A DNA stretch of 55,517 nucleotides from an uncultured virus (IMG/VR IMGVR_UViG_3300027689_000306) (lineage: Duplodnaviria > Heunggongvirae > Uroviricota > Caudoviricetes > Crassvirales), in IMG/VR virus record IMGVR_UViG_3300027689_000306. The stretch is one strand, 5' to 3'. Below are positions 39,101 to 46,956 of this stretch, one piece after another. Each line of letters starts with the position of its first letter. Within the stretch, counting starts at the first letter, position 1. Both the position numbers and the translations under genes were made by a program. A model generated the notes under the pieces. It saw nothing but the letters and a program-made list of their open reading frames with translations, ran no database searches and was not told the origin of the DNA.

Positions 39101-42100
39101 GGAAAAACCTATTGATAAGAAAGCTGATATAGAAGAAAGAAGAAAAGCTGAATTAAAAACTAATAAACTTCCGCCTCTTGATCTTACAACATTAGAAGGT
39201 AAAGGTACAAATGAAGATACTGATAAAACAAATCAGGCATTAGAAGATTATAAAAAGAAAAATGCAGAAATCAATGCTAAGTACGATGCTGAGATAGCTG
39301 CTTTAAAAGAAGAAAAAGAAGAAGCTATACCAACTCCACCTGCTGAACCAAAACCTGCTAAAGTAAGTAAGTTTGCTACTAGACAAAGAACACAATCTCC
39401 TGATGATTCAGCAATGCGTGTAGCTTTATCTAAACAAGCTAAAAAGTTCCAAAGTGAAGACTGGGCTAAGTTAGAAGAAGGTATCAAGAAGATGCTTCCT
39501 AATGTTCCTTTATACAGAGTGAAGAATATCATTCAAGGTACTAATGGTAGACAAGCTTGGGGTATGCTTCATAATGGTGCTATCTACATATATGAAAACG
39601 CTGAGGTGGGTACTGTGTATCACGAGGTGTTTGAAGCTGTATGGAAAATGTTTGCTGATGCAAAAGAAAAAGAAGCTATCCTTAAAGAGTTTGCAAGTAG
39701 ACCAGGAACATTTGTAGATAGAGAAACAGGTGAGACTGTTGCATATAAAAATGCTACAGCTTTCCAAATCAAAGAAGAACTTGCTGAAGAGTTTAGAGAT
39801 GCTGTTCTTAAAGATAAATTAGGAGAACCAATTGCATCTAAGAGTTTAATAGGTAGATTGTTCTCTGAATTGATTGACTTCATTAAATCTTTCTTTGTTG
39901 GTAAAGATGCTCAACGTAATACAAAAGAGTTATTCAACAAGATAGGTAATGGATACTATGCTACATTCAATCCTTACATGTCTCAATTAGCTTATGCTAA
40001 TGTGGGTGTAACTGATATAGAAAATGCTTCTGCTGATGATTATTCTGATTTGAGAGTGGTAGGAATTCCTGCAGCTCAATTACATGAGATCATTGATGAC
40101 ATGACATTTATCACTCTTAAAGATTTTGTTGAAAGAGATGAAAGTTTATTCAATGTGGTAAGACCTAGACAGAAAGAACTTTATCAAAAACTTAATGTAA
40201 GAATATTAGATATAATTGGTCATCAAGCAGATCTTATAGAAAAAAATGTTGCTGATGGTATTACATCTGAAGAAGATGCTATAAAACAATATAACGATAT
40301 TGAAACATTATACAACACTGTAGATGCTCAATGGGATAATATTATTACTAGACATAAAGAGAAACTTAAAACATTCAACATAGAGTTTGATGAGAATGAT
40401 GAACTAGCATTAGAAGATATTGAGAAATCTAAAGATGAAGGATTTGGAGATGCTAGAAAGATTGATTCATTCAGAAAAGCAAATGGTGCTGTTAAGTTAT
40501 TATTAGGAACTCTTCCTATTTCATATGAGGGTGTTAATGAACAAGGAGAAAGAGAATTAAAAGTTAAACGTTCTTCTATTGGTGGTGCTATTCTTATGCC
40601 TGCTGATGAGGTGTTCATTAAGTTGAAAAACAAGTTATATGATTCTATTGACATTGATGATATGTTACTTAGACTTAAAGAAATGGCTAAGGGAGATCCT
40701 AATTTTGAGAACTTATACAAAAGACTTACAAAGGTTGCTCCTAGTATACCAATTGATTATAAGAAATTAGATTGGCAACTTGTTTCTGCATTCTGGAAAT
40801 CTATGAAGAGCCAAAATGCTGATGCTATTTCTGTATTTGTTCTTCCTGGTGGAGAAGTGGTAGTTAGTGATTCAACATTAACTAGTGCTGCTAAGCAAGC
40901 TAAATATGAAATGACTAATGAAATGATCGATAAGATTAAAGATAAGTCTTTATATTTCTCTTATGAACCTAAGACAGGAAGATACTTTGCTACAGATAAG
41001 ATTAAATCTATGCCATTGAGTGGTTCAGACCTAACAACTTATACAGCTCTTCTTAAAGAACTAGGTATTGAGTTTGACATTAAAGCATTAAAAAAATTAA
41101 AAGATGATCAGTTATTAAACTTTACAGATGCTGTAGAGGGTATTAAAAATCAGTTTACTCAACTGAATGATCAAGGTAAGGCTAAGACTGATGAAGAAGT
41201 TGCTAAGGATGAAGCTGAAGGAAAGATAGCTAGAGGTATTGCAGTGTTAACTCCTAGAACATTAAATATTGAAAAACGTTTAATGCAACTAGGACTTACA
41301 AGAGCTATCATTGAAAATAAAGGATTCGAGAGTACGTATTTCAATATGAATGGAGAACGTACACAAACTTATATTGGTGTAAATGCATTAAGTAATTTAC
41401 ATAATGTTCTTTCTAAATTAAATAACATCACTGAACTATCAAGTAATCCTGCATACAAACAATACGAATACTTACGTACAGATGCATTTGCTAAAGGAAG
41501 TGTAATGATGCAGAAGATGTTTAACTTACATCCTACAAAAGGAACAGGTAAACGTATCAGTAATACACAAGACTTAATGAAGTCTGTATATATTGATGGT
41601 ACAGATAACCAACGTAATGGTAAGAAGAAAGAAAGTTCTAAGCTTACAGCTAAAGAAAGAATAGTTCAAGAGATAAATCTTAACCTAGATGGATACTATT
41701 TAAATCTTGTACCTGGTGATGCTGCTATTGAATGGGCTGTTAAGATGGTTAATTTCATAGACAATCAAGAGTTCTTAGATAAAGATTATCATGAAATATT
41801 CAGAGACTATTTCTTATCTGAAGTAGAACTTGCCAGAGATGAACGTTTTATTGTTGAGGGTAAAGGAAACAAATCAACAGACTTACGTTTCTTTAAAGCA
41901 ATATTAGGAGAAGAGCTTCATAACAAAATCATGAAGTCAACTAACTCACAATACACTTCTGAAGAATTATACAATGGAAATCCTTCAAAAGGATTCAAAG
42001 GATATGCATCTGAGATAAATGCTGCTGTAGATGCATTCATTAAAGAAGATGCTTTACAGACAGAAGATCTTCTTAGAGGGTATGGTATAGTTTATTCTGG

Positions 42101-45100
42101 TTCTGAAGGATTAACTATTGATGATATAAACTTTAACGATGATATAGAACTAACAGATAAAACTTTAAAAGACAAACTTCAAGTGTTATCTGTAAACTAT
42201 ATGATAGCTAACATAGAGATGCATAAGCTTCTTTATTCTGATCCTTATCAGTATAGTGATGAGTTGAAACGTATTAAGAACTTCAACTCTCCTAGACAAG
42301 CTCTTATGGTTGGATCTCAAGATGTTAATGCTGCACTTAATGAAGTGTACAACAAAGGATTCAAACCTGGAGATGCTGGTTACACTGATATGACATTAGA
42401 TTATTTCAGAGCAATCACTCTTGGTGATGTATTAAGTGTTAGTGATCTTAAAGGATATGATCCATATGCAGAAACTGATGGTGGTGGATACATTCTTGAT
42501 AAAGCTAATCGTGTATTTGGAATTCGTTCTGGAGAATGGACTGAAGACAATGAAGCTCAGTATAGACATGATATGGCTTATTATGATTTGGTTAAAGCTG
42601 GAGCAACTAAAAGAGAACTAGATAAGTTTGATAGAAACAGTCCTGATGTAGCAAGTACATACACTCCTAGAAAACCTATTGTATCTGGTAATAAAATGGA
42701 TGGTAGAGATTATAATGATGTTGTGTTACATAAGTTTGCATTGCTTCCTCTATCATTTAGACTACTTCATAAGATGAATCCAAACTCAAATGCTATCAAG
42801 TTGTATGACAAGATGTTAAATGAGAATGTAGATTATGCTGTATATGAATCAGGAAGTAAAGTGGGTGCTGAAAAGATATCTCCTCTATACGATAAGAATG
42901 GTAAGTTTGATGAAACACCATTTGAAGATGCTAATGCTCAGAATGATATATATGCAAAACAAGCTGTTTCAAATATACCATTCTCTATTATGGGTGTACA
43001 AGCAGAAGTTCCTTCTAAAGAATCTAACTATGTAACACAAGGATCTCAGATTACTAAACTTGTTACATTAGATTTTATGCAAGCTGGTGTACCAATTGAT
43101 TTTGATACTACCACTAAAGACTTCAATGCTAGATTTATCAAATGGCTAAAACTATCTCCTGAACAAAAACTAGAACAGTCTGAGCTTTACAGAGACATCA
43201 AACATAATCAAGATATGTTAGAGGCTAAGATAGAGCAAGGATATAAATCTCTTCTTAAAAAACTTGGTTTAAGTAAAACAGCTAAAGGATTTGAAATAAG
43301 CAATGTTAAGAAACTAACTGATACATTAAGAGATGAAATCTTAAAGAGAGAAGTTAATGATAATATCACTGATGCTTTCAGAGGATTTGAATCAGGAGAC
43401 ACTGTTCTTGAAGCTACTCCTGCATACCAACAAATCAGAAACATTCTATATTCTATTGCTAATAAAAATGTTGTATCTCCTAAAATAAAAGGAGGTATGA
43501 AAGTGCAGATTCCATCTACATTATTAGAATCAGAAAGACCTGGAGAACAAGTAGTTAACGGTAAGAATGTTTATAGCTCTAACCTACTTAAGTTCTACAC
43601 TAGAAATGAGAATGGTAAGACAATAAATGTTTGCCAGATAATGGTAGCTAAATGGTTTAAATCAGATATGTCTGATGAAGAACTTATGGATTATTTCAAT
43701 AATGATCCAGAAGGTAAGAAACAATTTGAAGCTATTATGGGTGTGGCATTCCGTATCCCAACACAGAAACAAAACTCTATTGATGTATTTGAGATAGCTA
43801 AGTTCTTACCAGAAGGTTATAAAGACTCAGTAGTTATTCCTTCAGAGCTTGTTAAGAAAGCTGGTTCGGATTTTGATATCGATAAGTTGTCAATCTATTT
43901 GAAAAACATCTATCCTGGAAATGATAAGAAACCTAAAGTGGTTCCTTACTTAGGAACAGGTGAAGAAGCTATTAAGAAGTTTGGTGAGCTATATGACAAA
44001 GGAGAATTCAATGAGTATTTAAACTCTAAAAAAGATCTTTTAAAAAGAGGTGAGCGTGGAGATAAAATCCTAGAAGCTATCTTTGCTGAAGAGTATTCAT
44101 TACAAAAAGAAGATGTAATCAATGATCTTTACAATCAGTCATTAGAGAATGAGTACATGATATCTCTACAGAAATTAATCTCTAACGATCTTAACTTCGA
44201 GAACTTAATCAAACCTAACTCTGCAGATCAACTTAAAGAATTAACTGATAAGATTAGTAAGAAACTTGGTAGAACTAAGATTGACTATGGTTCTGTAGGA
44301 AACATGTTAAGTAGATCATTCATGACTAACTTAAGACACGCATTCGTTACAGGTAAGTATGCAATTGGTATTGCTGCTGTGAATCAAACTAATCACTCTC
44401 AAAACCAACGTAGTCTTATTTATGTTGATCCAACTAAATTGAAAACAGTTATTGATCCTGTTGATGAAAAATGGTTAGGTGATGGTCAAGTTAATTTCAA
44501 AAAATACAACTCAGTTGTAGTTAATGGAGTTAAACGTGCCACTCTATCTATGATTAAAGATGCTGATGGTAAAAACTATATATCCGATGTTATCGGACAG
44601 TTCATTGATGGATATGTGGATATCTCTAAAGGTCCTTGGATTATGGAGATGGGAGCTAACCCTAACGTTGCTTCTACATGGATGTTATTAGTTAAACTTG
44701 GTGTACCTATTAATACAGTGGGTTACTTCATGAACCAACCAATTATTCGTGACTACTTAAAAACAATTCAGAATAATGGATACTCATGGTTGTTTATCGA
44801 TAAGTTTGTTAGCGATGCTAAGTATGATTATCTAACAGATGATAATGTATTTATAGATACAATTCCTAGTGAAAAAGAATTATTCGATATGGTTGGTATG
44901 ACTGCTGAAGATATGCAGAATAGTCCTAAGATGTTAGCTCAACAACAATTCATATTAGATGAGTTCTTGAAATATGCTATGATGGGTAATCATTTATTCC
45001 AAGTAACACAAGGATCTAACTTTGATACAGCTACAATTAATGATCCATACTTAATAACTAAGAAGCGAGTACAAGTAGAGAAAGCACAAAAAACTATATT

Positions 45101-46955
45101 CTCTTCTATAGATAATGAAGGTAATGTGATACCTGCTGTAGATGCTATTCTTAAGAATTCTTTCATAGGACCTCTTGCTAATACTATATATGATGTACGT
45201 GATGCATTTGCTGAAATATTAATCTCTGATAGAAAGAATATCAGAAGAGTTATGGAGAGCGTATTAATTCCTTATTCAGAGTTACCTGATAGAGATTTTA
45301 TTAAAGTGTCTCAGAAAGCAGTGAATGATCTTTTTGATTGGGCTGTACAGAATGATAGAAAGCTTAACAACTCTGTTAAGAAAATATTATTAGGCACCTC
45401 AACAGAGAAGAGTGCGGCTAAACAAATCATTGAGTTTAGAGACAAGGTGATGAAAGATAAAGATCATCCATTACATAATAACATGATTATCAACTCTTTA
45501 CAATTAGAGAGTGGTAGAAAGATTGTATTAGATGAATACAAACTAAGAGATGGTAATGTATATAAAAGAGAAAACATAAGTCGTGAGTTATTAGAAAAAT
45601 TACTTTATGGACCTAGAGAGATTAAGAGATTCATGAACCTGTTAATTGCTAGTCCAGATAATATTTCTATTAAAGGAAAGAGCAATAAGATATATGATCA
45701 GAATATGATTATCTATGGCTTTAATGAGTTAAAAGAAAAGCTTGGAGATGAGCAGAAAGACTTGTATGGTAAGCTTGTTAGACTAGCTGTAATACAATCA
45801 GGACTTACAAACTCTCCTATTGCTTTCACTAACCTTCTTCCTTATGATGATTTTAGAGAATTTTACAATCAAACATTGTCTAATCTAGAAAATATTCCTA
45901 ACTTAGCTGACTTCAAAACATTAGATATAATGGAGAGAACCAACTGGAATAGTCCTAACACTGTTACTTATAAGAGAGGACAGATGCAAGAGAGTGCAGC
46001 AGGAAATTGGTATTATCCAGAAAGAGCATTCTTAAGTAAAAAGTTGTCAGATAAAATAAATAAAGGACTTCCTGAGATGATTGTGTTCTCTATGTTCTCA
46101 AGAGAAGGAGCTGATGATTTTATTTCTTACAGTTGGGAAGAAAATATAACTAAGAATCAAAGAATCAAAGCTAGAAAGACAGGAGATACATCTCATGTAA
46201 ATAAAGGATTGTTCAAGAAGGTGTACAGAATAAATGAAAAAGGTGAGAGAGTTCCTTTAATCCAAGAATCTACATTCAAAGGTAAAGATGGAATTGAAAG
46301 AACCTACTTCAATTATGTATACAAAATGATTAATGCTTGGGGTGATTCATTCAGAGCTCAAGAGTTTTATGGTAAAGAGTTTCCTTTAGATCCTACATCA
46401 ACAGTTTCTAGATCATCTGTATTAGACAATGGTTTCTTGAAAGTGGAAAGAGAAGTGGAAGATAGTGAAATCGAATTAGCTCTTCTAGGTACAACACAAA
46501 TAGTTAGTGCTACAATCCAACCAAATAGTGATGTGATAGGTGAAATAAAAATGCAATCTGATAACATTGCTAAGATAAAATCAGGTACAAAAACTATTAC
46601 TAATAGAACTGAAAGAGAAAGATTAGAAGATGGTGTATATACATTATCTGATGGAAGTAAAGTAGAAGTAAAAAGTTTAGGACTGCTTGATGTTCAATAT
46701 ATTGGTGATGGTATATTAGTCACATCTAATGAAACTAATACAAGTTTTTCAGGTGAGGAATATGCTAAAGCTGAAGGGTTTAAAGATTGGAATGATTTTA
46801 AAAAGAATAATAAGTTCTCAACCAATTTTATAAATGGTACACAAAGTAGATATGTTTATTCTATAAAACCTATAGTTGAAAAACCTGACAGCCTATCACA
46901 AGAAGAATGGGATGCTTTATCAGATGAAGAAAAAAATAAAATAAACGAATGTTAA
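33156..46955 (+). CDS. Giant virion-packaged RNA polymerase polyprotein (two-barrel, crAss/phi14:2 gp66-type) with zincin-like and ASCH domains
   Basis: RIPTQ...AGSDFDIDK catalytic motif (DFDID at 43869-43883), TDGGGYI segment, HEVFE zincin-like motif at 39621 and a C-terminal GTKTITNR. Confidence 0.88.
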   Translation: MPDPKNPNLAGQPYVRGPLNPNIGSITTTPLTTGFPGLRTGRPLSQDDRINLQNRQVDPSEIRPGKTYLSDVASDLTGRYDTVIYGANNEDAWGAQQSVLSKGVNGILKGTNLAATTVVGGFATVGGAISSLFTGRLSDIWDNPVMQGIDKWNEKVDQEYLPNYYTDQEKNANWYSPDNWWTANFLFDKAIKNSGFAVGAIISGNIANSALKAAGTAIGQGAAALDAAQSFKAFSPLLKNTARAFSAGKNAEAAALLEGEISSIADITQRTSKMAEIAAQTNQFGYVNSVGRRFGVAAYSQAGESAFEGLQTSNEFRDKLIDQQTRANFGVALNEEQLKRIDETTAKVGKASFLTNMALLTATEYVQLPKLMGSTYASERQAANSLSRMTNDVVLENGQYVARQTAKTNFGKLYNKVKGVGKYVFDPKEMGQEIGQYAVQIGTQNYYNKAFKGDDASVLVDGVLYGLYGTDESGKGVGALNSKEGLEGGLIGGLTGGVMQARGNYMMSKATKTNTAAFLQELNNAPTYKEAFQYKMDAVNRGVVLQEQQEEAIEQGDELEAKDLNADMMHNYLAPRIKYGKIDMVMDDIKEMRKDSMTPEGLAGLKQAGLANINDTAETFNARLSYFETTAKNTDQIYASTNLRYSGEILKDAEGKPILNDKGQQQRKYSDQAIDQMSYAASKVADYDLRIPQVATLPVSNGIDVQSIVNEELTNPESTALADKLAELDANPEVNTAEVKQDLVDSVELAMRRKEYLKDYNDLIANPASYIQERREFEEPVTGPKETISIKTKRGPRDIEIGTEYFLGKVVDFDDKGHEVYRAPRMIVLGKNDDGTIKVQDSDGNVYDLKESTLERYNLGKVDSTLKNKKAKFYMEHWNTIYEFNFGKKYGKQKGRIEFDPETGQMMFKYRNKKGEIKEIEVTGDQFVAKKGFAEPMIKEVGELTAAQQKAKDDFVAQEDPRIQAKREARLQILNDLFDDLATKQDKIEKTIDQKQKELTKAKEEYEALQKEIESAELDKRTKAFKFKAATTRALDNAMRLSRMQEQLEREIESLQLDAEEIDATLSYITDMAANIDEYSTNFKDFMDELQDEIIDLEVLQETTQKQITTLSKLARDTQAALDSTIDYISKLISAFESKYPNVPRLMGQDWVDFLKDNPNFLKLKPNYRSDLQMIDDVVAEMEDGDININEQRLKDLVDHLAIMQGSLDEVQQEIEAKEMILNKFKQIADKYKKQQEEERRLQNDQALRAEYLGTNSLDVQSFFSNAYYEASAKKDDLDVVGSTIAVTRGKEGEQIREHHARANRFGFNMHKFDNRNALRGMIVTAATEADAGVDGLMNYLTDEGRATDYQGKPVNPNKIIALVMVQDNEDGTFTLVDENGVPFTKEQLADPIKNAIFQVFPNEELEATYTNKDGNRERSSMFRASTDEAVQTSLRQQYSKWRNDRLQEESIPEPQPIAASFGIPDYVTRLDEKGKEVRDYDARVAVETTGLLEEGALIEDPVLMVATSNDSVTYGKVTFDTPQGRVFLKVPGGLIKLKNRNLTENEVNTIYDVMLQVTKNTTKDGTTKTAETQYLFNWLKTIVYWGVPRNTQTGERKENPGYNSIWFEDVTEGNKSFSKLFLSGLGGEAFDFTTSGLELKENEIKAILRGMYNNVNATKVNTESFKKKYTEITGIDEEGKPITKDWDNYQTYLLSAEGRTNEEIPLVTQVRPLTDPNIPNKKGIYFTLDSVADDFFIPKREPVVTQAPAPAAPTATADAKQPEFSTAPTQKEYNLEGGENEWNSKFGKIPFKIDARKFTDTDGNEGFSITFEPTTMAGIMTEKGLDPNEPKDVDQARAVVYGAILAKLRPQLDAFKTKAKIPAADAPQTTFVLDGLGENTIQIGSHGKIIFTLDGKKFNETKEGFNIQFGSFDGEVLKSVAEAKNIPGEEAKQLIGNDIYMKVLPQLEGMKIPVQPALATPFTPTTEGPPPMPEGFDIFAEEKPIDKKADIEERRKAELKTNKLPPLDLTTLEGKGTNEDTDKTNQALEDYKKKNAEINAKYDAEIAALKEEKEEAIPTPPAEPKPAKVSKFATRQRTQSPDDSAMRVALSKQAKKFQSEDWAKLEEGIKKMLPNVPLYRVKNIIQGTNGRQAWGMLHNGAIYIYENAEVGTVYHEVFEAVWKMFADAKEKEAILKEFASRPGTFVDRETGETVAYKNATAFQIKEELAEEFRDAVLKDKLGEPIASKSLIGRLFSELIDFIKSFFVGKDAQRNTKELFNKIGNGYYATFNPYMSQLAYANVGVTDIENASADDYSDLRVVGIPAAQLHEIIDDMTFITLKDFVERDESLFNVVRPRQKELYQKLNVRILDIIGHQADLIEKNVADGITSEEDAIKQYNDIETLYNTVDAQWDNIITRHKEKLKTFNIEFDENDELALEDIEKSKDEGFGDARKIDSFRKANGAVKLLLGTLPISYEGVNEQGERELKVKRSSIGGAILMPADEVFIKLKNKLYDSIDIDDMLLRLKEMAKGDPNFENLYKRLTKVAPSIPIDYKKLDWQLVSAFWKSMKSQNADAISVFVLPGGEVVVSDSTLTSAAKQAKYEMTNEMIDKIKDKSLYFSYEPKTGRYFATDKIKSMPLSGSDLTTYTALLKELGIEFDIKALKKLKDDQLLNFTDAVEGIKNQFTQLNDQGKAKTDEEVAKDEAEGKIARGIAVLTPRTLNIEKRLMQLGLTRAIIENKGFESTYFNMNGERTQTYIGVNALSNLHNVLSKLNNITELSSNPAYKQYEYLRTDAFAKGSVMMQKMFNLHPTKGTGKRISNTQDLMKSVYIDGTDNQRNGKKKESSKLTAKERIVQEINLNLDGYYLNLVPGDAAIEWAVKMVNFIDNQEFLDKDYHEIFRDYFLSEVELARDERFIVEGKGNKSTDLRFFKAILGEELHNKIMKSTNSQYTSEELYNGNPSKGFKGYASEINAAVDAFIKEDALQTEDLLRGYGIVYSGSEGLTIDDINFNDDIELTDKTLKDKLQVLSVNYMIANIEMHKLLYSDPYQYSDELKRIKNFNSPRQALMVGSQDVNAALNEVYNKGFKPGDAGYTDMTLDYFRAITLGDVLSVSDLKGYDPYAETDGGGYILDKANRVFGIRSGEWTEDNEAQYRHDMAYYDLVKAGATKRELDKFDRNSPDVASTYTPRKPIVSGNKMDGRDYNDVVLHKFALLPLSFRLLHKMNPNSNAIKLYDKMLNENVDYAVYESGSKVGAEKISPLYDKNGKFDETPFEDANAQNDIYAKQAVSNIPFSIMGVQAEVPSKESNYVTQGSQITKLVTLDFMQAGVPIDFDTTTKDFNARFIKWLKLSPEQKLEQSELYRDIKHNQDMLEAKIEQGYKSLLKKLGLSKTAKGFEISNVKKLTDTLRDEILKREVNDNITDAFRGFESGDTVLEATPAYQQIRNILYSIANKNVVSPKIKGGMKVQIPSTLLESERPGEQVVNGKNVYSSNLLKFYTRNENGKTINVCQIMVAKWFKSDMSDEELMDYFNNDPEGKKQFEAIMGVAFRIPTQKQNSIDVFEIAKFLPEGYKDSVVIPSELVKKAGSDFDIDKLSIYLKNIYPGNDKKPKVVPYLGTGEEAIKKFGELYDKGEFNEYLNSKKDLLKRGERGDKILEAIFAEEYSLQKEDVINDLYNQSLENEYMISLQKLISNDLNFENLIKPNSADQLKELTDKISKKLGRTKIDYGSVGNMLSRSFMTNLRHAFVTGKYAIGIAAVNQTNHSQNQRSLIYVDPTKLKTVIDPVDEKWLGDGQVNFKKYNSVVVNGVKRATLSMIKDADGKNYISDVIGQFIDGYVDISKGPWIMEMGANPNVASTWMLLVKLGVPINTVGYFMNQPIIRDYLKTIQNNGYSWLFIDKFVSDAKYDYLTDDNVFIDTIPSEKELFDMVGMTAEDMQNSPKMLAQQQFILDEFLKYAMMGNHLFQVTQGSNFDTATINDPYLITKKRVQVEKAQKTIFSSIDNEGNVIPAVDAILKNSFIGPLANTIYDVRDAFAEILISDRKNIRRVMESVLIPYSELPDRDFIKVSQKAVNDLFDWAVQNDRKLNNSVKKILLGTSTEKSAAKQIIEFRDKVMKDKDHPLHNNMIINSLQLESGRKIVLDEYKLRDGNVYKRENISRELLEKLLYGPREIKRFMNLLIASPDNISIKGKSNKIYDQNMIIYGFNELKEKLGDEQKDLYGKLVRLAVIQSGLTNSPIAFTNLLPYDDFREFYNQTLSNLENIPNLADFKTLDIMERTNWNSPNTVTYKRGQMQESAAGNWYYPERAFLSKKLSDKINKGLPEMIVFSMFSREGADDFISYSWEENITKNQRIKARKTGDTSHVNKGLFKKVYRINEKGERVPLIQESTFKGKDGIERTYFNYVYKMINAWGDSFRAQEFYGKEFPLDPTSTVSRSSVLDNGFLKVEREVEDSEIELALLGTTQIVSATIQPNSDVIGEIKMQSDNIAKIKSGTKTITNRTERERLEDGVYTLSDGSKVEVKSLGLLDVQYIGDGILVTSNETNTSFSGEEYAKAEGFKDWNDFKKNNKFSTNFINGTQSRYVYSIKPIVEKPDSLSQEEWDALSDEEKNKINEC

Positions 46956-46956
46956 T

